A stretch of DNA of 64,000 nucleotides from positions 1-64,000 of IMG/VR virus record IMGVR_UViG_3300037424_002485. One strand, 5' to 3'. The translations under genes and the position numbers were made by a program. Origin of the DNA: a virus (Duplodnaviria; Caudoviricetes). Of this stretch, positions 18,510 through 27,120 are shown piece after piece (the stretch's first letter is position 1; the number at the start of each line of letters is the position of its first letter). Under the pieces are notes generated by a model. The model had not been told where the DNA came from. It searched no databases and worked only from the letters and a program-made list of their open reading frames with translations.

Positions 18510-18695
18510 ATGAGCGTAACCCGGATACTATGTGAGGACTGCGGATTACCCCTTGTTTATTGTAAATGCGTTTTGGCACAAACAATGCCGGCTCATAAGA
18601 CTTCTCCCCACGAATCGGGCGGCGTATCTATTTTATGCAGAAATTGCGGAGAGGTATTAAACGATCCAGAAGCGCGTGCAAATCACGAATGCTAA
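18510..18695 (+). CDS. Small double-CxxC protein
   Basis: CEDCG...CKC...CRNCG...HEC. Confidence 0.6.
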   Translation: MSVTRILCEDCGLPLVYCKCVLAQTMPAHKTSPHESGGVSILCRNCGEVLNDPEARANHEC

Positions 18696-18747
18696 AAGTC
18701 GCCCGCACAGCTTCGCGGGCGATCAACACTTAGTTGAGGCGTTAGGG
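18690..18747 (+). mobile_element. Degenerate attC-like site
   Basis: CGCCCGC/GCGGGCG hairpin; right end TTAGTTGAGGC-GTTAGGG; left box GCTAAAA lacks AAC. Confidence 0.5.
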
Positions 18748-18754
18748 GAAAATT

Positions 18755-18901
18755 ATGGAAAAAGAATATCGCATACTTGTACTAAAAATGCTTTTAGCGA
18801 TACTGCTAAAACTTGGGAATATGAATGCGCAGGGATGGTCAAAAAGAGAAGCCTCTTTATTTAATGAGGTAGATAAGTTCGTGCGTAAAATGAGCAAATA
18901 A
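18755..18901 (+). CDS. Small cassette-like protein, 48 aa
   Basis: Manual translation: MEKEYRILVLKMLL...; stop inside AAATAAC. Confidence 0.5.
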   Translation: MEKEYRILVLKMLLAILLKLGNMNAQGWSKREASLFNEVDKFVRKMSK

Positions 18902-18944
18902 CGCTTAATTGACCGCCCTTGTGCAGTATAGCGCCTGGTTAGAA
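18896..18944 (+). mobile_element. Degenerate short attC-like site
   Basis: AAATAAC...CCTG-GTTAGAA; weak internal symmetry. Confidence 0.45.
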
Positions 18945-18951
18945 AGGATGT

Positions 18952-19161
18952 ATGAAATATATCTACCATTATCATGCTACTTATCAAAAAGTACCAGGAG
19001 AGATTGAGCACATCGACGGTATTATTACTGCTGAAAATCCAATAGATTCTATTGCGCGTTATCGGGAAACAAAAAAGAATCTCGAAAAAACCATCGATGT
19101 TGACGGTATAGATAGCGAAAAAATTATTGTTGAATCTCTGACACTTTTGCATACTTCTTAA
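18952..19161 (+). CDS. Hypothetical protein (cassette-like)
   Basis: 69 aa; starts after GTTAGAA, stop inside TTCTTAAC. Confidence 0.6.
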   Translation: MKYIYHYHATYQKVPGEIEHIDGIITAENPIDSIARYRETKKNLEKTIDVDGIDSEKIIVESLTLLHTS

Positions 19162-19224
19162 CAGGACATAATAATAACCGCAGAAACTATCAGGCAATGC
19201 GAAGCGCCTGCGTTCGGAGTGATT

Positions 19225-19440
19225 ATGTTAACAAAAGAGCAAATTATACGAGGTTTGATAAATCCGAGTTCCGGCGATTACGTTGATCTCAACACAAAGG
19301 AAAAGGTTTGCGTCTTGTGGGTAGGAGAAGAACCGCATGAATTAGGCAGGTATTCTCTTTGTTTACCGGAACCTATACAGAGACATGCGAGCAGAAATAT
19401 TTGGGCGCTGGTTGAAAAGGAAATAAATGCGTCAGCGTAA
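19225..19440 (+). CDS. Hypothetical protein
   Basis: 71 aa, overlaps the helicase start. Confidence 0.5.
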   Translation: MLTKEQIIRGLINPSSGDYVDLNTKEKVCVLWVGEEPHELGRYSLCLPEPIQRHASRNIWALVEKEINASA

Positions 19441-20986
19441 AATAGACAATAGCGTAGAAAAATCCATAGCGACGGGCGCCATAGTCAGCACGGAATATCT
19501 GAAAGCCGTGCAGGCAATCTATCACCCCGACCTCGTGGCCGTACCCTTCGTCAAAACCGTGCTCGGCTGGTGTCTGGATTATTACCGCCAGTACGAACGC
19601 GCGCCCGAACGTTATATCGCCGATATATTCGCGGCCAACCGGCGTAACGGCCTCGCCGACGACCAGGCCGAATTGATAGCCGACTTCCTCGCAGGCCTCA
19701 GCGACGAATTCGAGCACAGCGAAGCCGGTAAGTTCAACGTGCAGTACTGCCTGGACGCCAGCGAGAAGCACTTCGAGGCTCGCAATCAGGAGCTGTTGAT
19801 AGCCGATATACGTGCGCTACACGCTAAGTCCGCGTATGCTGAGGCCGAGCTGCTTATAGCCGGCTACAAGCGCGTGCAACTTCCGGCGGGTGCAGGTATC
19901 GAGCCGTTTACCGATGCCGATGCTATCCGCAGAGCGTTTGACCCTGACAGCCGACAGGAATTATTCCGGCTGCCCGGTGCGCTCGGCGAACTCGTCGGTG
20001 CCGTCGAGCGCGAAGACTTCATCGGCATACTAGCGCCAGAAAAACGCGGAAAGTCGTGGAGACTACTTGACCTCGCCGTCCGCGGCCTGCGAGCCGGTTG
20101 CAACGTCGCCTATTTTGACGCCGGCGATATGAGCCAGGATCAAGTCGTGCGCCGCCTGCACGCGCGCAACACGCAGCGGTCACCGAAATACGGCGGCGCG
20201 ATGCTCACGCCCGTACTCGATTGCCGGCATTCGCAGGAGGATACGTGCCGCAGGCCGCAGCGTGTCAGCCGGCGCGGTGTCTGCGAAGACGGCAGAGATA
20301 AAACCGGAGCGCTGATTCGCGTGAAGATGGCGTTTGCCGACGTCAGTGGATACCAGCCGTGCTCGGCGTGCTGCCGTGACAACCCCGCCGACTTCCAGGG
20401 AGCCGTATGGTACGCAATGGTTGATAGCGAGCAACTCACCTGGCAGCACGCCGTCGAACTCGGCCAGCGGACGGCGGCGCGCAGCCGCAAGCGGTTTAAA
20501 CTCAGCTGTCACGCGAATAGTACGCTCACCGTCGCCGGAATGGAAGCTGTACTCGACCGCTGGCGCGACGAGGACGGCTTCGTTGCCGATCTCGTCCTCG
20601 CCGACTACTTCGACATCTTCGCCGCTGAGAATCCGAAGACCGTTGACAAGCGCCACCAGATTAACGAAACCTGGCAGGCGGGCAGGCGTTTCACTCAGCA
20701 GCGGCACGCCGCGCTGATTACCGTCACGCAAGCCGACGCCAACAGCTATGACCGGCGCAGCCTAAAGCTGAGCAACTTCAGCGAGGACAAGCGCAAGTTC
20801 GCACATACGACGAAATTTTGGGTACTCAATCAGACCGCTGAGGAGAAGCGCGATATGATTATTCGCATGGCTACGCTGCTCACCCGCGAGGACGAATTCG
20901 ACGTTGACCGCGAAGTCGTGATTGCCCAGGATTTGCGCCGCGGCCAGCCATATGTATTCTCGTATTTTGCGCACAAGGGCTTATGA
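19427..20986 (+). CDS. Replicative DNA helicase (DnaB/T4 gp41-like)
   Basis: LAPEKRGKS Walker A, YFDAGDM, LADYFD, LITVTQA, FSEDKRK. Confidence 0.82.
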   Translation: MRQRKIDNSVEKSIATGAIVSTEYLKAVQAIYHPDLVAVPFVKTVLGWCLDYYRQYERAPERYIADIFAANRRNGLADDQAELIADFLAGLSDEFEHSEAGKFNVQYCLDASEKHFEARNQELLIADIRALHAKSAYAEAELLIAGYKRVQLPAGAGIEPFTDADAIRRAFDPDSRQELFRLPGALGELVGAVEREDFIGILAPEKRGKSWRLLDLAVRGLRAGCNVAYFDAGDMSQDQVVRRLHARNTQRSPKYGGAMLTPVLDCRHSQEDTCRRPQRVSRRGVCEDGRDKTGALIRVKMAFADVSGYQPCSACCRDNPADFQGAVWYAMVDSEQLTWQHAVELGQRTAARSRKRFKLSCHANSTLTVAGMEAVLDRWRDEDGFVADLVLADYFDIFAAENPKTVDKRHQINETWQAGRRFTQQRHAALITVTQADANSYDRRSLKLSNFSEDKRKFAHTTKFWVLNQTAEEKRDMIIRMATLLTREDEFDVDREVVIAQDLRRGQPYVFSYFAHKGL

Positions 20987-21567
20987 GAGAGTTGTCATTA
21001 TTCACGGGAGCAGGAGGAGGACTACTTGGTACGAAATTACTCGGATGGACAGCCGTCGGTTACGTCGAATGGGACAACTACTGCCAAAAAGTCATCGCGC
21101 AGAGGATCAAAGACGGCTGTCTCGACGCCGCGCCCATCTTCACCGATATCCGCGCATTCATCAGTGACGGGTACGCCGCAAGCTATACGGGTATGGTTGA
21201 TGTCGTCAGCGCAGGATTCCCATGCCAGCCGTTCAGCGTTGCCGGGCGGCAGCGAGGAGCGGACGACGACCGAAACATGTGGCCGGCAACGGCGGCAGTC
21301 ATTCGCATCGTACGACCGCGATTCGTGTTGCTGGAGAATGTCCCAGGGCTTCTTTCTCACCGGTACTTTGGGACTGTACTCGGGGACTTGGCCGCGCTCG
21401 GGTATGATTGCCGCTGGCGTTGCCTATCGGCTGCTGAATGCGGGGCACCGCACAAGCGCGACCGGTTGTGGATTATCGGAGTCGGCCAGGCCGACTCCTC
21501 GTGCGGGAAATCCGGGAAGCCGTCCGAACGGGAAGGGCGGGAAAATCTTAAGCGAAGAAGTACGTAA
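20983..21567 (+). CDS. C5 cytosine DNA methyltransferase, N-terminal part (motifs I-VIII)
   Basis: LSLFTGAGG, GFPCQPFS, LLENV, HKRDRLW; stops before motifs IX-X. Confidence 0.9.
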   Translation: MRELSLFTGAGGGLLGTKLLGWTAVGYVEWDNYCQKVIAQRIKDGCLDAAPIFTDIRAFISDGYAASYTGMVDVVSAGFPCQPFSVAGRQRGADDDRNMWPATAAVIRIVRPRFVLLENVPGLLSHRYFGTVLGDLAALGYDCRWRCLSAAECGAPHKRDRLWIIGVGQADSSCGKSGKPSEREGRENLKRRST

Positions 21568-22222
21568 ATCTGTATTCCCTACACCATGCGGCGAAGACAG
21601 CGAATCGTGTGGCGGTCATCACGGCAGGGCAGATTCTCTGACAGCATTCACGCAGAGATGGCCGACACCGCTTAACGGTTGCACTGATAAATCTCACGAT
21701 CAGATAAGCGGACGGTATCGTGATGCTATGCGGGTTGCGATGAATAAATGGCCGACACCGAAATGCTCGAATGCAAACGGTGCCGGTATTCACGGCGACG
21801 GCGGCATGGATTTACAGACCGCGGTAAAAACGTGGCCAACGCCCGTGCAAAGCGACTACAAGGGTAGTGGACCCGTTGGCACAAAGAGTCAAGCCAGTAT
21901 GCTGGCTTACGGGCATCTGGCAGCAACGGCAGCAACAGGTCAACTCAACCCGGATTGGGTAGAAGCCCTCATGGACTGGCCGCAGGGATGGACGCGCACG
22001 AAGCCTCTCGCCGCCGATGTATGGCAGCACTGGCTACACGCTAACCGATGGCAGGATTGGGAGCCCGACATTCCCCGTGTTATAGTCGGCGCAAAAGATC
22101 GCGTCAATCGGTTGAAGGCAATCGGTAACGGGCAAGTACCCGCTTGCGTGGCGGAAATAGGTGCGGAACTCATGAATTTATTTGCGGGCGGGCATAGCGA
22201 AAGCCATCACGGCCGAGTATAA
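21200..22222 (+). CDS. C5 methyltransferase C-terminal part in an overlapping frame (TRD repeats plus motifs IX-X)
   Basis: Five PTP repeats, LNPDWVEALMDWPQGWT, RLKAIGNGQVP. Confidence 0.8.
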   Translation: MSSAQDSHASRSALPGGSEERTTTETCGRQRRQSFASYDRDSCCWRMSQGFFLTGTLGLYSGTWPRSGMIAAGVAYRLLNAGHRTSATGCGLSESARPTPRAGNPGSRPNGKGGKILSEEVRKSVFPTPCGEDSESCGGHHGRADSLTAFTQRWPTPLNGCTDKSHDQISGRYRDAMRVAMNKWPTPKCSNANGAGIHGDGGMDLQTAVKTWPTPVQSDYKGSGPVGTKSQASMLAYGHLAATAATGQLNPDWVEALMDWPQGWTRTKPLAADVWQHWLHANRWQDWEPDIPRVIVGAKDRVNRLKAIGNGQVPACVAEIGAELMNLFAGGHSESHHGRV

Positions 22223-22223
22223 T
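22194..22223 (+). promoter_or_regulatory. Phage promoter motif copy C
   Basis: ATAGCGAAAGCC-N9-GAGTATAAT followed by AGAGTATACAG. Confidence 0.78.
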
Positions 22224-22395
22224 AGAGTATACAGAGTGAGCAACAAACACCTACCCGGATACGCCCAGCCGTGACCATTATAGGAGCGGCGAGTCAATGT
22301 TTGGCGCGAGGCGTATTTGTTAATTTATGAAGCGCCCGGTACGGAGGCAAGGCCGTGCCGGTATTTAATCACAACCAAACCAGGAGGACAACAAA

Positions 22396-23229
22396 ATGGC
22401 ACCAAAGTTTAGACGTGCGCTGCTCGCCAGCGTAGCCGCGGAAATGAATGAGGTTATGGGGTTGACGCCGCTTATACAAGAGGATATGGCGGACGACACC
22501 CTACTGACGACGATTTGCTATGAGGCGACGGGCCGCGGTATTCTCAAGGACGCCATTCGTGCCGACGACTTCGACAGCGACGACAGCGGAAAGAAAACGT
22601 TCACGCCGCCTGTGGCGAAGTTCTTTGCCGACGCCGGTGTGTGGGATGCCGAAGCGCAGGCGCCGATCATGCCGACAGCGGTAAAACCTCGGGCAGCTAA
22701 GGCTGAGCCGGTGGCGGTCGATGCCGAACCCGAACTACCGCTCGACGCCTGCGAACAGGCCGAGCATGACGAGATGGAAGCCGGCGAACCTGCTGCCGAT
22801 CCGATCAAAGAAGTTATGAAAGAAAAACTTAAAAAGTCGAATGTAGTAAAAGAAAAGTCAACGAAACCGGCGAAAGCAGAGGTCGCCGAGAAGGAGGCGG
22901 TTGTGGCGAAGACAACTAAGGCGGCGGTAAAGACCGGCGTGTCGCGGGCAACGGCGACGGCGAAGAAGCGGGCGGCGAAGTCGGTAAAAGCGGTGAAAAA
23001 AGTTGGTGTGAAGAAAGCCGACGCCGTGGAAAAAGATCGTTTTGGAATTCGTGTCGGGTCTATTCAAGGAAAGGCTCTTGAAATTCTCGCAACAGGTAAA
23101 GCCACGATGGCTGATGTAAAAAAGAAACTCGGAAAAACATATTACGGCGCGCTCAATCTCGCCGTCGCCGGCGGATTTAAAGTTGAAAAAAACGAGAACG
23201 GGACGTACAAAATAACTTCAAAAAAGTAG
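22396..23229 (+). CDS. Lys/Ala-rich histone-H1-like DNA-binding protein with C-terminal wHTH-like domain
   Basis: Acidic N-half, KKRAAKSVKAVKK tract, very strong RBS CAGGAGGA, own terminator. Confidence 0.7.
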   Translation: MAPKFRRALLASVAAEMNEVMGLTPLIQEDMADDTLLTTICYEATGRGILKDAIRADDFDSDDSGKKTFTPPVAKFFADAGVWDAEAQAPIMPTAVKPRAAKAEPVAVDAEPELPLDACEQAEHDEMEAGEPAADPIKEVMKEKLKKSNVVKEKSTKPAKAEVAEKEAVVAKTTKAAVKTGVSRATATAKKRAAKSVKAVKKVGVKKADAVEKDRFGIRVGSIQGKALEILATGKATMADVKKKLGKTYYGALNLAVAGGFKVEKNENGTYKITSKK

Positions 23230-23237
23230 TGTCAATT

Positions 23238-23270
23238 ATAGCGCGGATAGCTCAAATCTATCCGCGCTAT
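23238..23270 (+). terminator. Perfect 13-bp hairpin
   Basis: ATAGCGCGGATAG-N7-CTATCCGCGCTAT, 9 nt after the stop; no clear U-tract. Confidence 0.65.
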
Positions 23271-23287
23271 CTCGTAAAGGACGGGGT

Positions 23288-23545
23288 ATGTCGAAAAAAC
23301 CAATACTTCCCAATTTCGGATTTACTGAAACGATAATAGATAAAGAATGGCAGGGGATGCCGGAATATAATCAAAACGACCTGACTTCTTATAAACAAAT
23401 TATCGTACATTTTGATTGTGAAGAAGATATACGCGCATTTGAAAAATTAATAGGACGTAAAATAACAACAAAAACGCGTTCGATTTGGTACCCAGAGGCT
23501 AAAATAGGACATTTTGCAGATAAAAGGTATGTAGATGAATCCTAA
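23288..23545 (+). CDS. Small protein paired with the glycosyltransferase
   Basis: EWQGMPEYNQ...IIVHF...TKTRSIWYP; AT-rich; overlaps the next gene. Confidence 0.7.
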   Translation: MSKKPILPNFGFTETIIDKEWQGMPEYNQNDLTSYKQIIVHFDCEEDIRAFEKLIGRKITTKTRSIWYPEAKIGHFADKRYVDES

Positions 23546-24368
23546 TTATCCTGTTTATATTATTTCAAAAGGTAGATGGGATACGAGGTTAACGAGTCGT
23601 GCACTTGAGGATTTACGAGTCCCGTATCATATCGTTATCGAATCCCAAGAGTACGATAATTATGCCGCCGTAATTAATCCGAAAAAAATATTAGTATTGC
23701 CTTTTTCAAATCTCGGACAAGGTTCTATTCCCGCTCGTAATTGGGTATGGGAACACTCTATTTCTATCGGAGCCGAACGTCATTGGATACTCGATGATAA
23801 TATCAGTGGGTTTTATCGTTTCAATCATAATCTAAAAGTACCGGTTACATCAGGTACTATATTTAAAGTCGCTGAGGATTTTACGGATCGTTACGAAAAC
23901 GTCGCTATTTCAGGATTTCAATATTTTATGTTCGTAGTAAGAAAAACTATTATACCACCTTTTTATCTTAATACTCGTATCTATTCTTGTATTTTAATTA
24001 AAAACGATATATCCTATCGTTGGCGTGGACGATATAATGAAGACACTGATTTATCAATTCGCGCGCTTAAAGACGGGTATTGTACGATATTATTTAATGC
24101 ATTTCTTGCATTTAAATCAACAACAATGACAATGTCGGGTGGAAATACTGATGAACTATATAAAGATGACGGTCGTCTAAAAATGGCGCAATCATTAGTC
24201 GATCAGCACCCGAGTATAGTAAAAATAACGTGGAAATTTAATCGCTGGCAGCATAGCGTTAATTATAGTCTGTTCAAACGTAATAAATTAATACGAAAAA
24301 AAGGAATACGAATACCGGAAGGCGTCGATAATTACGGTATGGTATTACGAAATATAAAAGGAGAATGA
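23535..24368 (+). CDS. GT-A fold glycosyltransferase, TET-associated (TAGT/GREB1-like) type
   Basis: YPVYIISKGR, ARNWVW, WILDDNI (DxD-like), RIYSCILI, RYNEDTDL, GGNT. Confidence 0.8.
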   Translation: MNPNYPVYIISKGRWDTRLTSRALEDLRVPYHIVIESQEYDNYAAVINPKKILVLPFSNLGQGSIPARNWVWEHSISIGAERHWILDDNISGFYRFNHNLKVPVTSGTIFKVAEDFTDRYENVAISGFQYFMFVVRKTIIPPFYLNTRIYSCILIKNDISYRWRGRYNEDTDLSIRALKDGYCTILFNAFLAFKSTTMTMSGGNTDELYKDDGRLKMAQSLVDQHPSIVKITWKFNRWQHSVNYSLFKRNKLIRKKGIRIPEGVDNYGMVLRNIKGE

Positions 24369-24372
24369 AACC

Positions 24373-25401
24373 GTGAAAATCAACCGCAAAGAATTACTCG
24401 CTGCACTCGAAGCCGTACGACCGGGATTAGCGGCACGAGATTTAATCGAACAATCGACCGCATTCGTATTCCAGGCAGGCCGCGTATACACGTATAACGA
24501 CGTCGTCGCCGTCAGCCACCCGTGCCCGGCGGGTCTCGCCGGTGCCGTGCAGTCGAAGGAACTCCATGCACTGCTCACGCGACTCGCCGACGACGACCTC
24601 GAAGTCGAAACGACGGCTGACGAAATGCTCGTCCGCGGTAAGCGCAGCAAAGCGGGAATTACCTTGCAAACAGAGATTACGCTGCCCCTCGGCGAAGTCG
24701 GTGCGCGGAAAACGTGGACTGCCCTTCCTCAGGGTTTCGCCGCCGCCGTCAAATTTGTGCTGTTCTCGGCGGGAGCCGATATGACGAAGCCGTGGTCAAC
24801 TGCCGTGCACGTAGCCGGCTCGACGGTCGAGACCTGCGATAATTTCCGCCTGACCCGATACCTGCTGCCAGCGAAAAAAGGCGTCGTATCGAAGATTGAT
24901 GCCGACCTACTCATTCCGGCGGTGGCTTGCGCCGATCTCGTCAGCTACGCGCCAACCCACTATTCGGCAGACGATCAATGGGTACACTTCATGAACGCAG
25001 CCGGTACGGAATTCAGTTGCCGCACGGTCGCCGATAAGTTCCCCGACCTCAGCCCGTTCGTCAACCGCGAATGGCAGCACGAGGTTGAGTTCCCCGCAGA
25101 TATGACGGAAATATTGGAACGTGCTAAGGTATTTCTCGTCGGCGATAAAAACGTACAGCCGGTAGTTAGCGTGAAGGCGTCATCGGGCCGACTGACGGTG
25201 TCGGCAAAAGGTGGAGCCGGTTGGTTCGAGGAAGTCGTGCGCGTAGTCGCGAGTAAAGAAGCCTTCGAGTTTCTCATAAACCCGAACGCGCTCGCCGACA
25301 TGCTGGCGACGCTCAAAGACTGCGAACTCAGCGCCGACAAATCCGTGCTCAAATTTGAAGGCGATAATTTCATCCACTGCTGCGCGACGACAGTAGAATG
25401 A
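24373..25401 (+). CDS. Sliding clamp (DNA Pol III beta-like)
   Basis: 342 aa, MKINRKELLAAL start, three-domain pattern, DNFRL, FPDL, INPNALADML. Confidence 0.8.
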   Translation: MKINRKELLAALEAVRPGLAARDLIEQSTAFVFQAGRVYTYNDVVAVSHPCPAGLAGAVQSKELHALLTRLADDDLEVETTADEMLVRGKRSKAGITLQTEITLPLGEVGARKTWTALPQGFAAAVKFVLFSAGADMTKPWSTAVHVAGSTVETCDNFRLTRYLLPAKKGVVSKIDADLLIPAVACADLVSYAPTHYSADDQWVHFMNAAGTEFSCRTVADKFPDLSPFVNREWQHEVEFPADMTEILERAKVFLVGDKNVQPVVSVKASSGRLTVSAKGGAGWFEEVVRVVASKEAFEFLINPNALADMLATLKDCELSADKSVLKFEGDNFIHCCATTVE

Positions 25402-25757
25402 GGCGCGTATATGTAGCCGGTGCGTATAGCGCGGATAACGTCGTCGGCGTACTCAATAATATCCGTGAAGGTATACGATTATCGACCGAAGTGTTACTCG
25501 CCGGATACGCACCGTTCTGCCCGTGGCTGGATTTTCACTTTCAACTTATGCTGAGAGGCGACGAACGTCTCGCCGTCGTCGATTACTATCGCTACAGTTT
25601 GTCATGGCTCGACGTCTGCTCGGCTGTATTACTCGTGCCCGGTTGGGAGAATAGTCGGGGCACGTTGGCGGAGATCGAACGCGCACAGCAACTCGGTATC
25701 CCCATATTTAAATCAATAGCGGAATTGAAAGAGAGTCTACGAATTGAGAACGACTAA
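25398..25757 (+). CDS. DUF4406 / nucleoside 2-deoxyribosyltransferase-like protein
   Basis: VYVAGAYS...PFCPW...LVPGWENSRGTLAE...GIPIF. Confidence 0.8.
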   Translation: MRRVYVAGAYSADNVVGVLNNIREGIRLSTEVLLAGYAPFCPWLDFHFQLMLRGDERLAVVDYYRYSLSWLDVCSAVLLVPGWENSRGTLAEIERAQQLGIPIFKSIAELKESLRIEND

Positions 25758-27120
25758 TACATACGCTGATTTTTTACAGAGAAAAACGCATCTCGGGTCA
25801 TTCGGCGGATTCGCGCCGTTGTCGATGCCCGATTTTCTTTTCGATTTCCAACGTGCGCTACTTGACTGGGGAATACGAAAGGGACGCGGAGCCTGGTTTG
25901 CCGATTGCGGACTCGGTAAAACCCCTATGGAACTCGTGTGGGCGGATAACGTCGTACGTAAAACGAATAAGCGCGTGCTCATACTTACCCCTCTCGCCGT
26001 AGCCCATCAAACAATAAGTGAAGGCGAGAAATTCGGTATCGAATGCCGACGGTCCCACGCCGGTGAATTGTTTCCGGGTATCGTCGTAACGAATTATCAA
26101 CGCCTACATATGTTCAACCCCGCCGATTTTATCGGCGTCGTATGCGATGAGAGTTCGATTTTAAAATCATTTGACGGTCAGACTAAAACAGCGGTGACCG
26201 AATTTATGCTTAAGCTACCCTATCGTATGCTCGCTACGGCAACAGCTGCTCCTAATGATTATATAGAACTCGGTACGTCCAGCGAAGCTCTCGGCGAACT
26301 CGGTGCTATGGATATGCTCAATCGTTTCTTCAAGAACGATCAAAATAACTCTAAAGTTGGCAGACATTACGGCGAGGTAGTGAAGTGGCGATTTAAGGGC
26401 CACGCAGAAACCGCGTTCTGGCAGTGGGTATGCTCGTGGGCGCGTGCCGTCAGAAAGCCGTCTGACTTGGGATTCGCCGACGACCGTTTCATACTACCCG
26501 CATTGACCGAATACGATCACGTCGTAAAAAATAAGCACGTGCCCAAAGGTATGTTTTTTGTCGAGGCTGCCGTCGGATTAAAAGAACAACGCGATGAACG
26601 CCGGCGAACAATTGTCGAACGCTGTGAGAAAGTAGTCGAATTAACTCAGCATAAAAAACCCGCGTTGATATGGTGTCATCTAAACGACGAAGGCGATATA
26701 CTCGCAAAAGAAATACCGGGAGCCGTACAGATAAGCGGCAAAGACAGCGACGAAGAAAAAGAAGAAAAGTTCCTCGCGTTCACATCGGGGCAGATTAAAA
26801 AACTCGTGACTAAGCCTAAAATAGGCGCGTGGGGTCTGAATTTTCAACACTGCAACCATATCGTCACTTTCGCCTCGCATTCCTATGAGCAATATTATCA
26901 GGGTGTGCGCCGCTGTTGGCGATTCGGTCAGGAAAAACCGGTACGGGTAGATCGCGTGACAACTGAAGGCGAAGTTTTAGTTATGAAAAACCTTTCGCGT
27001 AAAGCCGCTGCCGCCGATAAAATGTTTACCACGCTCGTCAGCTGTATGAACGATGCCGTACAGATTGATAAAAATAAATACTTTACCGAGAAAGAAAAGG
27101 TGCCCGCATGGCTGTCATAA
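25744..27120 (+). CDS. SNF2-like SF2 helicase paired with a DNA methylase
   Basis: DCGLGKT, CDESSILK, ATATAAPND, GLNFQHC, QGVRRCWRFGQ. Confidence 0.85.
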   Translation: MRTTNTYADFLQRKTHLGSFGGFAPLSMPDFLFDFQRALLDWGIRKGRGAWFADCGLGKTPMELVWADNVVRKTNKRVLILTPLAVAHQTISEGEKFGIECRRSHAGELFPGIVVTNYQRLHMFNPADFIGVVCDESSILKSFDGQTKTAVTEFMLKLPYRMLATATAAPNDYIELGTSSEALGELGAMDMLNRFFKNDQNNSKVGRHYGEVVKWRFKGHAETAFWQWVCSWARAVRKPSDLGFADDRFILPALTEYDHVVKNKHVPKGMFFVEAAVGLKEQRDERRRTIVERCEKVVELTQHKKPALIWCHLNDEGDILAKEIPGAVQISGKDSDEEKEEKFLAFTSGQIKKLVTKPKIGAWGLNFQHCNHIVTFASHSYEQYYQGVRRCWRFGQEKPVRVDRVTTEGEVLVMKNLSRKAAAADKMFTTLVSCMNDAVQIDKNKYFTEKEKVPAWLS

